From Flexilinea sp. (GTDB lineage Bacteria > Bacteroidota > Bacteroidia > Bacteroidales > UBA932): a stretch of 64,000 nt of DNA. Shown here piece after piece: positions 41,588 to 51,664 of this stretch (positions are counted from its first letter, which is position 1; each line of letters opens with the position of its first letter). The notes beneath the pieces were generated by a model, which had not been told where the DNA came from, ran no database searches, and saw only the letters and a list, made by a program, of their open reading frames with translations. The position numbers and the translations under genes were made by a program. The stretch is from positions 26 to 64,025 of the forward strand of contig CAVAMP010000007.1 in assembly GCA_963589825.1 (NCBI GenBank), written 5' to 3'.

Positions 41588-44251
41588 TTAGTTGATTTTA
41601 TATTTCTTGAGTATTTTCTTGAACTGTTTTTCTATGCTTTCGGCCCAGAGCCTGTAGCCGTATTCGTCGGGGTGCACTCCGTCAACGCTGTGGAGATGGC
41701 TTCCGTCCGAGGCTGAAGGGGTTATGAAATAGACATTGGGATATTTTTTCATAACTTCTGTCATAAGGGAGTCTGAAACCTGCCTTTTCTCGGCCTCCTC
41801 CTTTTCAACTCCGGTGCGGAAGTTTCGCTCTTCTCTTCGCAGGGTCCTCTGGAAGATTATCGGAATGTCGGGATGAGCACCGGCAACCCTGTCAATGAAC
41901 GGAAGGAGCCTCTCGCGGATTGTCTTTGCGGAAGGGTTGGAGAACGCGTCAAGAAGAATCGCATCCACATCAGCCTCTGCAAGCACATCGGCGAAATAGT
42001 TTTGGAGCTTGCTGTGGCCGCTGCATCCAAGGCTCAGGAGCTGAATCCCGGTGTTGCGGGTGAGCTGCGCCGCGTAGGTCATTCCGCTGCGGGAGCAGCC
42101 TGCTCCGTGGGTGTAGGAAGAGCCGAAAACTGCAACGCGGTGTCTGAAAGGCGACGGGGCCGCTTCAATCCGGCTTCCCATTTCAATGCCGATTTCGAGT
42201 TTTTCCAGCACGGCATAAAGCGGAAGGTAGAGAAGGAACTCCTTTTCGGTGGGCTCCATCCCGCCTGCAAGCACTGTGGTGACGGTTTTTCCGTCCTTTG
42301 AGCTTACCCCCGCGTCTGCGAATGTCCATCCTCCCTTGCCGTCGGCGACATAGAGGTCATATCCGTAGGAGGCGATGGGGGCGGTGGAAGTTTTTCTCTG
42401 ACGGTCTTCGTAGGTGGTGCGCACAGCGATTGAGGGGCTGTCGGAGCGGAAAACGAGGGCTATGCCGCTGCTTTGCCTCACAAGAAGATTCTCGTCGGGG
42501 TCGAAACCCTTGAAACGGACCGTGTCAATCCTGTGCCACGGATTGGGGGTGTCGGGAAAGAGCTTCCCGATTATGGTAAGGTTCTCGCCCGGGGTCCAGT
42601 CGTATTCCTTCGCGGGGAAGGAGGCAACGGGGCGCTTGAGAGTCTGCTTGTAGAGCACTTTGCCTTCTGCGGAGAGGATACGGACGGTGATCGTTGATTT
42701 TGACGATGAGGCTTTCGCGGAGAAACTGTGGTGGTTGGTCACCTTGTACTGCCCCGGAGCCACTCCGTTGGCGTTTTCCCAGGCAGGAAGATAGTAGGAA
42801 AGGTTGAAAAGCGGGTCTTCCCACTTTACTTTCTTCACTTTCAGCGGCTTTCCGCCTTCGAGGATTTCAACCGTTTCGCCCGGTTTCCACATCCAGTAGT
42901 TTACAAGTATGCGGTTCTTGAATTTTTCGTCAGCGTAGTCGGTCCTTTCCGGGAAGGCTGCAATCTGGGCGCGGATGCGCGGGTCGCTTGAGTAGCGCTC
43001 ACGGACCGCGTTAAGGTCATAAACCCTCATAACCTTCTCCCCGTAAAGATGCGTCTGCCAGGAAGTCTGCTCGCCTTTTGAGGTGAATCGGACTTCAAGC
43101 ACTCCTCCGTCCTCGCCTTCGATGCCAAGAAGAGGGTTAGGGGCGCTCTCCCACATATCTCCTGAGAATGCGCAGAGAACCTGATTGGTGAAAAGAGGCC
43201 ATTTCTCGCTCACAATGTACTCTGAGCGGTGAAGGTGTCCGGAATATACCATAACGCTTCCGAAGCGTTCCAGAGCCTTTGAAAGGCGCGTCATCTGCTC
43301 CTCCGGGAAGGTCGTTTCAGCTCCGCCGTCCTTAAGAACGGGGCAGTGGGTGCAGAGAATGACTTTTTTGCCCTCCGGAACACTCTCGAGGTCCTTTTCA
43401 ATCCACTCCATCTCCTCCGGGGTGAATCCGGCCTTGTAGTTGATTGAGCCTTTGGAGCCCACCGGCCACGGCTTTTTGTGGACAGTAGGGTCGTTGATGT
43501 AGATTATGTCGTCGGCAAAAATCCAGTGTTCGTCGCCGATTTCAACCGAGTAGTACTCGGGGCCGAGAACGGCGCGGTAGATGTGCCCGGCGTCGTAGTC
43601 GGTGTTGTCCGAAAGGACCGCGCAGTCGTTGTCGTGGTTGCCCGGGATGCTGTACATCGGAGTCTTGTCTCCGCCCCTGAGGAACTCATTGTAGGCGTCC
43701 TGGAGCCCGAAATTGAACTCATACCAGTATCTTTCGTGCGAAAGGTCGCCGAGGTTGAAGGCATAGACCGGCCCGTTCTTGGAGGCTTTCTCTGCAAGGG
43801 CGTTGAAAGCGGGCAGGGCCTTGCGGCGGAAGACTTCAATGTCAGGCTTGCGGGTGGAGCCGCAAAGGTGAACGTCCGTAAGGAAAAGCACGGTGTAGGA
43901 ACTCTGATCCTGCCTTTGGAGACTGAAGTCGTGGGTCTCGTCGGAGGCGGAAGCCTTGTCGAGGGCGGCCCAGAACTCGGGCTTCACTCCGTCGGTGCTC
44001 CGGGGGACATATCCCGATGGGGGAGTTATGTACACAAGTCCGTACGCCTTGTCGCTTTCGAGAGCGTAGGCTCCGTCGGCTCCTGTGAGGACAATGTTCT
44101 TCCCGTCCGTAACCTTCACTCCTTCAACGGGTTCACTTCCGCAGAGGACCCGGCCCCGAAGAACGGAGTCAGCCCACATCTGCTGGCCTGCCGCTCCAGA
44201 GAGGAGCAGCGCCGCCGAAGCGAGGAGCGATATGATTGTCTTTTTCTTCAT
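41588..44251 (-). CDS. Secreted calcineurin-like metallophosphoesterase fused to an SGNH/GDSL hydrolase
   Basis: Signal peptide; TDVH, LGDL, PGNHD, GHLH; then GYDLY, FGSSYTHG, LGCSG, DGVHP. Confidence 0.88.
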   Translation of the reverse strand: MKKKTIISLLASAALLLSGAAGQQMWADSVLRGRVLCGSEPVEGVKVTDGKNIVLTGADGAYALESDKAYGLVYITPPSGYVPRSTDGVKPEFWAALDKASASDETHDFSLQRQDQSSYTVLFLTDVHLCGSTRKPDIEVFRRKALPAFNALAEKASKNGPVYAFNLGDLSHERYWYEFNFGLQDAYNEFLRGGDKTPMYSIPGNHDNDCAVLSDNTDYDAGHIYRAVLGPEYYSVEIGDEHWIFADDIIYINDPTVHKKPWPVGSKGSINYKAGFTPEEMEWIEKDLESVPEGKKVILCTHCPVLKDGGAETTFPEEQMTRLSKALERFGSVMVYSGHLHRSEYIVSEKWPLFTNQVLCAFSGDMWESAPNPLLGIEGEDGGVLEVRFTSKGEQTSWQTHLYGEKVMRVYDLNAVRERYSSDPRIRAQIAAFPERTDYADEKFKNRILVNYWMWKPGETVEILEGGKPLKVKKVKWEDPLFNLSYYLPAWENANGVAPGQYKVTNHHSFSAKASSSKSTITVRILSAEGKVLYKQTLKRPVASFPAKEYDWTPGENLTIIGKLFPDTPNPWHRIDTVRFKGFDPDENLLVRQSSGIALVFRSDSPSIAVRTTYEDRQRKTSTAPIASYGYDLYVADGKGGWTFADAGVSSKDGKTVTTVLAGGMEPTEKEFLLYLPLYAVLEKLEIGIEMGSRIEAAPSPFRHRVAVFGSSYTHGAGCSRSGMTYAAQLTRNTGIQLLSLGCSGHSKLQNYFADVLAEADVDAILLDAFSNPSAKTIRERLLPFIDRVAGAHPDIPIIFQRTLRREERNFRTGVEKEEAEKRQVSDSLMTEVMKKYPNVYFITPSASDGSHLHSVDGVHPDEYGYRLWAESIEKQFKKILKKYKIN

Positions 44252-44284
44252 TTCTATGGGCCCGGGGGCTACCCGGATTAACTT

Positions 44285-45049
44285 CTACAGAAGGTATTTT
44301 CCGCTGTCAGGGTCGAGGTAGAGCTTCGCAGAGGAGTGCCTGCGAAGGATGGTTGCAGGGCATTTCGCGGAAATCTCGCCGCAAACCGTAGCCTTCACTG
44401 CGTCAGCCTTTGTTGCGGCAGGCACCATACAGAAAAGGTGATCTGCATTGTAGAGGGTAGGGACAGTGAGGGTGATGGCATATTTCGGGACCTCATCGAT
44501 GCTCTTGAAGCAGCCGTCGTGAACCTGCTGCATACGGCATTTCTCGTCAAGGTCCACTTTCTTAACAGGAAGCGGGTCGTTGAAATCGGCTACGTGCGGG
44601 TCGTTGAACGCGATGTGGCCGTTCTCGCCGATGCCCATACATACGATGTCAACGTGAACTTTGCCGAGGATTTCGGTGTAGCGGCGGATAGTCGCCTCGT
44701 GGTCGGCGCTTGTGCCGATGAGCTCAACGCTGGCAAAAGGCACTTTGTCGAAAATGCCCCTGCGGAGGAAATTGCCGAAGCCCTGCGGAGCGTCGTCAGG
44801 AAGGCCTACATATTCGTCCATATGCAGGGCGTGGATTCTTGTCCAGTCAATTCCCTCGGCTGCAACGAGAGAGGCGAGAAATTCGTTCTGCGAAGGTGCG
44901 GCGGCGAATATTATGTAGATTTCCTTTTTCTTTGAAAGAAGGTCCTTTATGCACGCAGCGGCGTCCTCCGCTGCGACTTTTCCCATCTCCTCGCGTGATG
45001 AGAAGATTTCAACTTTAAGCTTGTCAGCCTGTAATTCTTTGATTTTCAT
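44285..45049 (-). CDS. nagB: Glucosamine/galactosamine-6-phosphate deaminase/isomerase family protein
   Basis: HMDEYVGL, MGIGENGHIAFNDP, CPATILRRH; next to nagA; FAAAPSQ replaces the usual LATGS/PTGS motif. Confidence 0.78.
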   Translation of the reverse strand: MKIKELQADKLKVEIFSSREEMGKVAAEDAAACIKDLLSKKKEIYIIFAAAPSQNEFLASLVAAEGIDWTRIHALHMDEYVGLPDDAPQGFGNFLRRGIFDKVPFASVELIGTSADHEATIRRYTEILGKVHVDIVCMGIGENGHIAFNDPHVADFNDPLPVKKVDLDEKCRMQQVHDGCFKSIDEVPKYAITLTVPTLYNADHLFCMVPAATKADAVKATVCGEISAKCPATILRRHSSAKLYLDPDSGKYLL

Positions 45050-45117
45050 ATTATTGTATTAGTCTCTAATTGTCCCCGTGAGGGGAGTGAGTTTCAATTT
45101 TCTCCTTTTGACTTCTG

Positions 45118-46290
45118 TCAGTTTTCAAAAATGACGCGGCCTCCGATGATGGTTTTCCTTATATTTATATTCTCGTCGAAGACAACGACATCGGCGTCCT
45201 TTCCTGCTTCAAGAGAGCCTTTGGAGGCGAAAACGCCCATAATCCGGGCAGGGTTCTCGGTCATCATCTTAACTGCCTCGGGAATGCTGCAGCCGGCAAG
45301 GCTGGTCATAGTGCGCACAAGGCGGTCGGTCGTTGCGACGCTTCCGGCGAAGGCGCTGCGGTCAAGAAGTTTTGCAACTCCGTCTTCCACAATCACTTCC
45401 TGCCCGTCGGCGAGGCCTCCAAGGACACTCGGCCCTTCCGGCATTCCGGCGGCTCTCATTGAGTCGGTGACAAGGCTGATTCGGTCAGTGCCCTTGATTT
45501 TAAGGACAAGGTGGAGAAGATCCTGGGGAACGTGGATGCCGTCAGCGATGATCTCGATGTTCATTCCGTCCTCGTAGTAGCCGAATTCAATCACGCCGGC
45601 ATAGCGGTAGGCGTTGCGGCGGGAAATCGTGCTCATACAGGAGTAGAAGTGGGTCATCATTGTGGCGCCGGCCCTGAAGGCCTTCTCGCAGTCCCCGAAT
45701 GTGGCGTCGGTGTGGCCGATTGAGGCTACGATGCCTCTTTTATGAAGTTCGGCGGCAAACTCGTCCGCTCCTTCAAGCTCCGGTGCGAAACTCCAGCGTG
45801 CGATTGCGGGGCAGCGGTCGAGGATTTCGAGATATTCCTCTTTCTTGGGGTTGCGAAGATAGCGAGGGTCCTGTGCTCCGGCATATTTCGGGCTGAAATA
45901 GGGGCCCTCAAGGTGCATTCCACCCAGCTGCGCGCCCTCCCTGTTGAGAGCCTTCGCCCTCTGATAGGTCTCGAAAGAGGCGAAAAGCAGCTCGTTCGTG
46001 CTGGTGAGGGTCGTAGGGTAGAGAAGGGTGGTGCCGTGGGTGGCGTGCATACGGGCCGCCGTAAGGAATGCCTCCACTGTGCCGTCCATAAAGTCGCATC
46101 CGCCGGCTCCGTGGGTGTGCATATCGATGAATCCCGGGCTCACGTAGTTTCCTCCGCAGTCCAGAGTCTCGGAATCCGAAGGAGCGCAGTCGGCGATTCC
46201 CTCTATTTTTCCGCCGTCAAGGATGAGGACTTTGCCCTCGAGAACTTTCCCCCCGGCGATTATTTTCCCGTTTATAAGTGATGTTTTCAT
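45118..46290 (-). CDS. nagA: N-acetylglucosamine-6-phosphate deaceylase-type amidohydrolase (NagA)
   Basis: PGFIDMHTHG, HLEGPY, APE, GHT, IADGIH, VTDS, FAGS, GKDAD. Confidence 0.92.
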   Translation of the reverse strand: MKTSLINGKIIAGGKVLEGKVLILDGGKIEGIADCAPSDSETLDCGGNYVSPGFIDMHTHGAGGCDFMDGTVEAFLTAARMHATHGTTLLYPTTLTSTNELLFASFETYQRAKALNREGAQLGGMHLEGPYFSPKYAGAQDPRYLRNPKKEEYLEILDRCPAIARWSFAPELEGADEFAAELHKRGIVASIGHTDATFGDCEKAFRAGATMMTHFYSCMSTISRRNAYRYAGVIEFGYYEDGMNIEIIADGIHVPQDLLHLVLKIKGTDRISLVTDSMRAAGMPEGPSVLGGLADGQEVIVEDGVAKLLDRSAFAGSVATTDRLVRTMTSLAGCSIPEAVKMMTENPARIMGVFASKGSLEAGKDADVVVFDENINIRKTIIGGRVIFEN

Positions 46291-46323
46291 TATCTGAGAG
46301 TGTATATCAGTGATGAGGCCGGA

Positions 46324-47628
46324 TTATTTTTTAGTCCAGTGCTCAATCTTGTAACCGTAGACTGCGTAGAAAATCATATACGCGAAGCAAGGCAGCAGCA
46401 GCCAGTAGGCCCCCTGAAGTCCGATGCTGTCGGAAACATAGCCGTAAAGAAGCGGAACCACTGCGTTGCCGCAAAGCGCCATAACAAGAAGAGCCGAACC
46501 GAGGCTGGTCCATTTTCCGAGCCCGCGGATGGCAAGTGGCCATATACCCGCATAAATCAGAGAGTTAGGCACTCCCAGAAGCACGAGGCTCCAAATCGAA
46601 GCCTTAGGCGGCAGCAGGAGAACGAGCAGCGAAAGAATGAACCCTACGATGGTGCAGACCACGAGGGATTTCTGCTGACTTATATATTTAGGTATGAAAA
46701 CCACTCCGAGAAGGTAACCCGCAAGGATGCAGCCGAGCGTGTAGGAAGGGAAAACTTTCGCCGCGGCGAAGTCGATTCCGAGGCTCTGTGCGTAGGAAAT
46801 GATGGTGCTGACCGAAATCTGCTGGCTCCCCAGGTGACAGAAAAGCGCGAGCACGCCGAGCACAAGATATGGGTAGCTGAGGATTGAGCGGCGGTCGTTT
46901 GCGCTGTCGGAAGAGGAGTTTGCGCTGTTTGGGTTGATGTCCTGCATCGGGGACTTGTAGAAAAGCACTCCGAAGATAAACAGGAGCACCGCCAGAACGA
47001 CGTAAGGGACAATCACTCCCTGAATCATCTGGTCGAGGGCGGCTTCCTTGGCGGCTCCCGTGAGCGTTCCCGCTTCAACGGCGTCCATAATGGCCTTGTC
47101 CTGAGGGCGGATTACGAGGGCTGCGAAAACAAGCGGCGCGAGGATGCCCGCAAGCTTGTTGCAGATGCCCATAATGCTGATTCTCTTCGCTGCGCTCTCA
47201 TACGGGCCGATGATCGTGACGAACGGATTGGCGACGGACTGGAGGATTGAGAGCGAAGTTCCGATGGTGAAAAGCGCGAGAAGGAACAGACCGTAGGTCC
47301 TCGTGAGGGCTGCAGGCCAGAAAAGAAGCGCCCCCACTGCCATAATCCACAGTCCGATGGTAGCTCCCTTCTTGTAGCCGGTCTTTTTCAGAAGAAACGA
47401 CGCGGGGATGGTCATCACGAGGTAGGCGATGTAGAAGGCGAAGGTCACCAGATAGGTCTGGACTCCGCTTTTGAGTTCGCAGGCGATTTTAAAATATGGA
47501 ACCAGGATGGAGTTCACCCACGAAACGAGGCCGAAGACAAAAAACAGGGCTCCGAGCATCGCAAGGGAAAAGATGTAGCTCTTGCGGGAGTTGCCGTCCT
47601 GAGGGGTCGTATTTGCAGATATGCTCAT
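46324..47628 (-). CDS. MFS sugar permease (FucP/NagP/GluP family)
   Basis: About 12 hydrophobic segments; FAFYIAY, LQSVANPF, IWPLA. Confidence 0.88.
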   Translation of the reverse strand: MSISANTTPQDGNSRKSYIFSLAMLGALFFVFGLVSWVNSILVPYFKIACELKSGVQTYLVTFAFYIAYLVMTIPASFLLKKTGYKKGATIGLWIMAVGALLFWPAALTRTYGLFLLALFTIGTSLSILQSVANPFVTIIGPYESAAKRISIMGICNKLAGILAPLVFAALVIRPQDKAIMDAVEAGTLTGAAKEAALDQMIQGVIVPYVVLAVLLFIFGVLFYKSPMQDINPNSANSSSDSANDRRSILSYPYLVLGVLALFCHLGSQQISVSTIISYAQSLGIDFAAAKVFPSYTLGCILAGYLLGVVFIPKYISQQKSLVVCTIVGFILSLLVLLLPPKASIWSLVLLGVPNSLIYAGIWPLAIRGLGKWTSLGSALLVMALCGNAVVPLLYGYVSDSIGLQGAYWLLLPCFAYMIFYAVYGYKIEHWTKK

Positions 47629-47746
47629 AATTACGCAGTTATGATTGTCCGTTTGCCGGAAACCTCCCTCTGAGGGTATTTTGCGCCCGCAAGGGGATTT
47701 TCAGCGTTACAAAGTAAATGATTTCCCAAGAGCATAATGCACAAAT

Positions 47747-47813
47747 AATCGTCAAGATTTCTTCAAAAATCGTCAGTAAAAATTCTTCTTATCTTCATTT
47801 TTGTTTACCTTTG
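47747..47813. promoter_or_regulatory. Candidate XylR/AraC-type operator and divergent promoter
   Basis: AATCGTCA direct repeats 21 bp apart (47747, 47768); TACCTTTG at 47806-47813 (+) facing the regulator gene. Confidence 0.5.
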
Positions 47814-47936
47814 CACCGCCGGTGGCTCTGCGCTGGGGAGGATTATGTGGGGGAAAATGTGCGCGTGGAGTCCTTCCTTTCGTTTTCAAAGTGCAAATTT
47901 TACAAAAACTGATACAAACGTATTCCCTTCCCGCGT

Positions 47937-49100
47937 ATGAAAAATGACAATGTCGTTAAAATTTTGTTGCTGACAGACTTTTCCAGCGGTTACAGCCGCG
48001 ACCTTCTGAGGGGGCTTGTGCGTTACGCAAAGACTCAGAAGGGCTGGGCGTTCTACCGTATGCCTATGTATTTCAGGATGTTGCACGGCGACAAGGAAAT
48101 CATCCGCTGGGCGAAGAAGTGGAAGGTGGACGCGATTGTGGCCCAGATGAACGACATTGACGTGAAGGCGCTCTCATCGATGAAAATTCCCATAATCATC
48201 CAGAACTACAAGGACCGAATCCCCGGGGTCTGCAACCTCACGGGAGACTACCTGGGGACGGGGCGGATGGCTGCGGAATACTTCCTGGGCCTGGGGTACA
48301 AGTCATTCGCATACTACGGAATCCGGGAGTCGGTCTGGTCCAGGGAAAGGTATGAGGGGTATTCCGAGAGGCTCTCCGAAGGAGGGTTCAGCGTGCAGGC
48401 CTATTTCGAGAAAACGGGCAAGGGAGACAGCTGGGCGCAGGATTTCGAGGGAATAGGGGAGTGGCTTCGGAGCCTGCCGGAGAACACCGCCATTTTCTGC
48501 TGCGACGACCACTATGCGCTCCACGTGACGGAGACCTGCCAGCTTTGCGAAATCAGCGTCCCCGACACTCTCGCGGTGCTTGGGGTGGACAATGACGATA
48601 TGATCTGCAACATTTCCAACCCGACGCTTTCTTCCATTGTGATTGACGCGCAGAACGGAGGGTATATGGCGGGGCGCACCATCGACGCCCTCATTTCCGG
48701 GGAGGTTTCGGCGCCTTCGAACATAATCCTGCCGCCGCTACAGGTGGTTTCTCGCGGCTCGACGAGGAAATATGCCGTGCAGGACAAGTATGTGCGGGAG
48801 GTAATCGCCTACATCGAGGATCATTATGCCGATTCCATCTCGGTTTCGGATCTGCTGGAGCTGGTTCCGCTTTCGCGAAGGGTTTTCGAGAGGCGGTTCA
48901 AGAACGACACGGGCACGACAATCTATCAGTTTCTGCAGAACTACCGCATCGGGAAGTTCGCCGCCCTGCTTCTCGGCAGCGACCGCTCGGTCGAGGACAT
49001 TGCAATCTCCTGCGGCTTCGCCGACGCAAGAAATGTTTCAAGGGTCTTTTACTCCTATAAAGGTATGACCCCTACCGAATTTCGTAAACGAGGAGAATAA
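47937..49100 (+). CDS. XylR-type regulator (periplasmic-binding-protein-like domain plus AraC HTH)
   Basis: VPDTLAVLGVDND, PTLSSI, LSRRVFERRFK, IAISCGF, GMTPTEFR; divergent from the sugar operon. Confidence 0.9.
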   Translation: MKNDNVVKILLLTDFSSGYSRDLLRGLVRYAKTQKGWAFYRMPMYFRMLHGDKEIIRWAKKWKVDAIVAQMNDIDVKALSSMKIPIIIQNYKDRIPGVCNLTGDYLGTGRMAAEYFLGLGYKSFAYYGIRESVWSRERYEGYSERLSEGGFSVQAYFEKTGKGDSWAQDFEGIGEWLRSLPENTAIFCCDDHYALHVTETCQLCEISVPDTLAVLGVDNDDMICNISNPTLSSIVIDAQNGGYMAGRTIDALISGEVSAPSNIILPPLQVVSRGSTRKYAVQDKYVREVIAYIEDHYADSISVSDLLELVPLSRRVFERRFKNDTGTTIYQFLQNYRIGKFAALLLGSDRSVEDIAISCGFADARNVSRVFYSYKGMTPTEFRKRGE

Positions 49101-49123
49101 CTGAAAGTAAAATTATGATGCCA

Positions 49124-49223
49124 CAGGCGCAAGAGCGCCGTGCGAAGTCTTCGAAGGGGAGGGTTGTGAGATAGGGAAGATGGAGCACCACTTCCCCTAC
49201 AGAGGGGACGGGAGGGGTGTATA
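49124..49223. repeat. Dispersed ~100-bp G-rich element, family B, copy 2
   Basis: Near-identical to 29048-29149. Confidence 0.9.
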
Positions 49224-49390
49224 AAAGATTTTGTAAGTTTTTTCGGTAAGATTGCAAATCTTTCCGGAAAACCTTACCTTTGCGGCCGATTTTAGTAGTT
49301 ATAGTGTTTTAACCGCGGCCGGTGACGTCTTTTTGATGTTTTGTTCTGACGTTTTCTTGATGGTTATTGTGGGCCGCACAGCAGTTTTTT

Positions 49391-51109
49391 ATGAAGTACT
49401 CTAGGGTATTCCGTCCCAAATTCTTCCATCTTTTTCAGAAGGGACGGTACAGCAGGGAGAGATTCGTCTCAGACCTCATCGCGGGAGTAATCGTGGGCAT
49501 CATCGCCCTCCCGCTCGCAATCGCATTCGGAATCGCAAGTGGCGTGACGCCTCAGCAGGGGCTTATCACGGCGATAGTTGCAGGTTTCCTCGTTTCGGTT
49601 TTCGGAGGCTCGCGCTTCCTCATCGGCGGCCCGACCGGCGCATTCATCGTCATCGTCGCCGGAATCGTCTCCGAGTACGGAATGGCGGGGCTTACGATTG
49701 CCACAATTATGGCGGGCGTAATCCTCATCGCAATGGGCCTGTGCCGCCTCGGAACGATTTTCCACTTTATCCCGTACCCTATCGTGGTGGGTTTTACCAG
49801 CGGAATCGCCCTCACGATTTTCTCCACCCAGATGAAGGATTTCTTCGGCCTTACGGATGTAAGCGTACCGGCGGGGTTTGTCCCGGAGTGGATCTGCTAT
49901 TTCCAGAATCTGGGCAATATAAATTGGCTTGAAACCGCGCTCAGCGTCGGATGCCTCCTGGTCATAATCCTTTGGAACCGCTTCGGAACCAAGAAGATCC
50001 CCGGTTCTCTCATCGCGCTTCTTCTCGGAACGGCTGTGTCCGTGTGCCTCAGCAAGTTCTGCGGAATTGAGTTCGCCACCATCGGCTCCAAATTCCCAGA
50101 GCTCGCGAACGGCCTTCCGATGCCCAAACCCACGATGCCGCATCTTACCTTCGACGATGTGAAGAACCTCGTCTCCCCGGCCTTTACAATTGCAATTCTC
50201 TGTGCCATAGAGAGTCTGCTTGCGGCTATGGTCGCTGACGGCGTGACGGGAAAGCAGCACGACTCCAACACCGAACTCATCGGCCAGGGCATCGCCAACA
50301 TAATCACTCCGCTTTTCGGCGGCATCCCGGCAACTGGCGCCCTCGCCCGCACGATGGCCAGCATCAACAACGGCGCCCGTACCTCCGTCGCGGGAATTGT
50401 CCACGCGGTGGTCCTGCTCCTTATCTACCTCTTCCTGATGCCGTATGCGGTCTATATCCCGCTCGCCTGCCTCGCATCCATTCTTGTGATGGTGGCCTAC
50501 AATATGAGCGAATGGAGGACTTTCCGCTACCTTCTAAAGGGTGACGCTCCGGAAGTCGCGGTGCTCCTCATAACCTTCTTTCTCACTGTCATAGTGGACC
50601 TTACGGTAGCAATCGAGGTGGGTGTGCTTCTTTCAATCGTTATGTTCGTGCGCCGAATGATGCAGACCTCAAGCATCGAGGTTCTCGACCAGGCGAAGGT
50701 CGCGGCCACCGAGGACGACGAGAAAACTTCCCTCGAGGACACGGAATATCTTGACATCCGTCCGGGGGTTGAGGTCTATGAAATCAACGGCCCGTATTTC
50801 TTCGGTCTCGCCGCCCGTTCGGAGGAGTTCGAGCAGAGGAAAAACGCCGACACCTGCGTGAGGATCATAAGGATGAGAAAGGTGCCTTTCATTGACTCGA
50901 CGGGCGTGAAGAACCTGCGCAATCTTTGCGATATGGCCCGCAAGAGGGGAGTCCAGGTCATTCTTTCCGGCGTACAGCCCCGCGTAATGCACACTTTGGA
51001 GAAATTCGGGGTGGACAAGGAACTCGGAAAGGAGAATATCTACGACCATATAATCCCGGCCCTTGCGGCAGCGAATTCAATCGCCGAAAAGCGGAAATTA
51101 CATCAGTAG
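49391..51109 (+). CDS. SulP/SLC26 anion transporter with STAS domain
   Basis: DLIAGVIVGIIALPLAIAF, GGPTGA, NTELIGQG, C-terminal STAS (GPYFFG, FIDSTG); start ATG 49391. Confidence 0.94.
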   Translation: MKYSRVFRPKFFHLFQKGRYSRERFVSDLIAGVIVGIIALPLAIAFGIASGVTPQQGLITAIVAGFLVSVFGGSRFLIGGPTGAFIVIVAGIVSEYGMAGLTIATIMAGVILIAMGLCRLGTIFHFIPYPIVVGFTSGIALTIFSTQMKDFFGLTDVSVPAGFVPEWICYFQNLGNINWLETALSVGCLLVIILWNRFGTKKIPGSLIALLLGTAVSVCLSKFCGIEFATIGSKFPELANGLPMPKPTMPHLTFDDVKNLVSPAFTIAILCAIESLLAAMVADGVTGKQHDSNTELIGQGIANIITPLFGGIPATGALARTMASINNGARTSVAGIVHAVVLLLIYLFLMPYAVYIPLACLASILVMVAYNMSEWRTFRYLLKGDAPEVAVLLITFFLTVIVDLTVAIEVGVLLSIVMFVRRMMQTSSIEVLDQAKVAATEDDEKTSLEDTEYLDIRPGVEVYEINGPYFFGLAARSEEFEQRKNADTCVRIIRMRKVPFIDSTGVKNLRNLCDMARKRGVQVILSGVQPRVMHTLEKFGVDKELGKENIYDHIIPALAAANSIAEKRKLHQ

Positions 51110-51664
51110 GAACGATACATCTTCGCCGCGGGAAAGGGCGGCGCGGATTTCGGTGGATGAGACGTTTACAAGGGGCATTTCTATAAGGGAGATGCGAGCC
51201 CCTGGGATCTCCTTTATAAGAGCCTGCCTCTCGGCCTGAGAATCAAAACCCTCGCGCGGGAAAACCGCAATTCCATATTCCGTGAGAATCCTGCGGTAGT
51301 CCCTCCAGCGGCGAAAATCCGCAATCTGGTCGCCCCCTACAACGAGCGTGAACTCTTCTCCCTCAGCCCCGGAGGCCCTCCTCAGAGCATCGAGGGTCGT
51401 GATTGTGTAGTTCGGAACGGGCAGGTGAAACTCCACGTCGCTCACTTCCACCCGGCCCCCGAGTTCGGGATGCCTTGAAAGGGCCTCGCGGGCTGCAGTG
51501 AGTCTTCCCGCTGCATCTTCCACCCTTGCTGAAGACTTCAGCGGATTCACGGGGGAGACCACCAGCAGCACCCTGTCGTAGAGCCCCGCCAGCCGCCGCA
51601 GAATCGCAAGGTGGCCTATGTGGAGCGGGTTGAATGAACCGGAGTAAACGGCTGTGCGCATCAT
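51098..51664 (-). CDS. nadD: Nicotinate-nucleotide adenylyltransferase
   Basis: GSFNPLHIGH, YTITTL, GGD, VSSTEIR; coupled to gmk. Confidence 0.93.
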   Translation of the reverse strand: MMRTAVYSGSFNPLHIGHLAILRRLAGLYDRVLLVVSPVNPLKSSARVEDAAGRLTAAREALSRHPELGGRVEVSDVEFHLPVPNYTITTLDALRRASGAEGEEFTLVVGGDQIADFRRWRDYRRILTEYGIAVFPREGFDSQAERQALIKEIPGARISLIEMPLVNVSSTEIRAALSRGEDVSFLLM

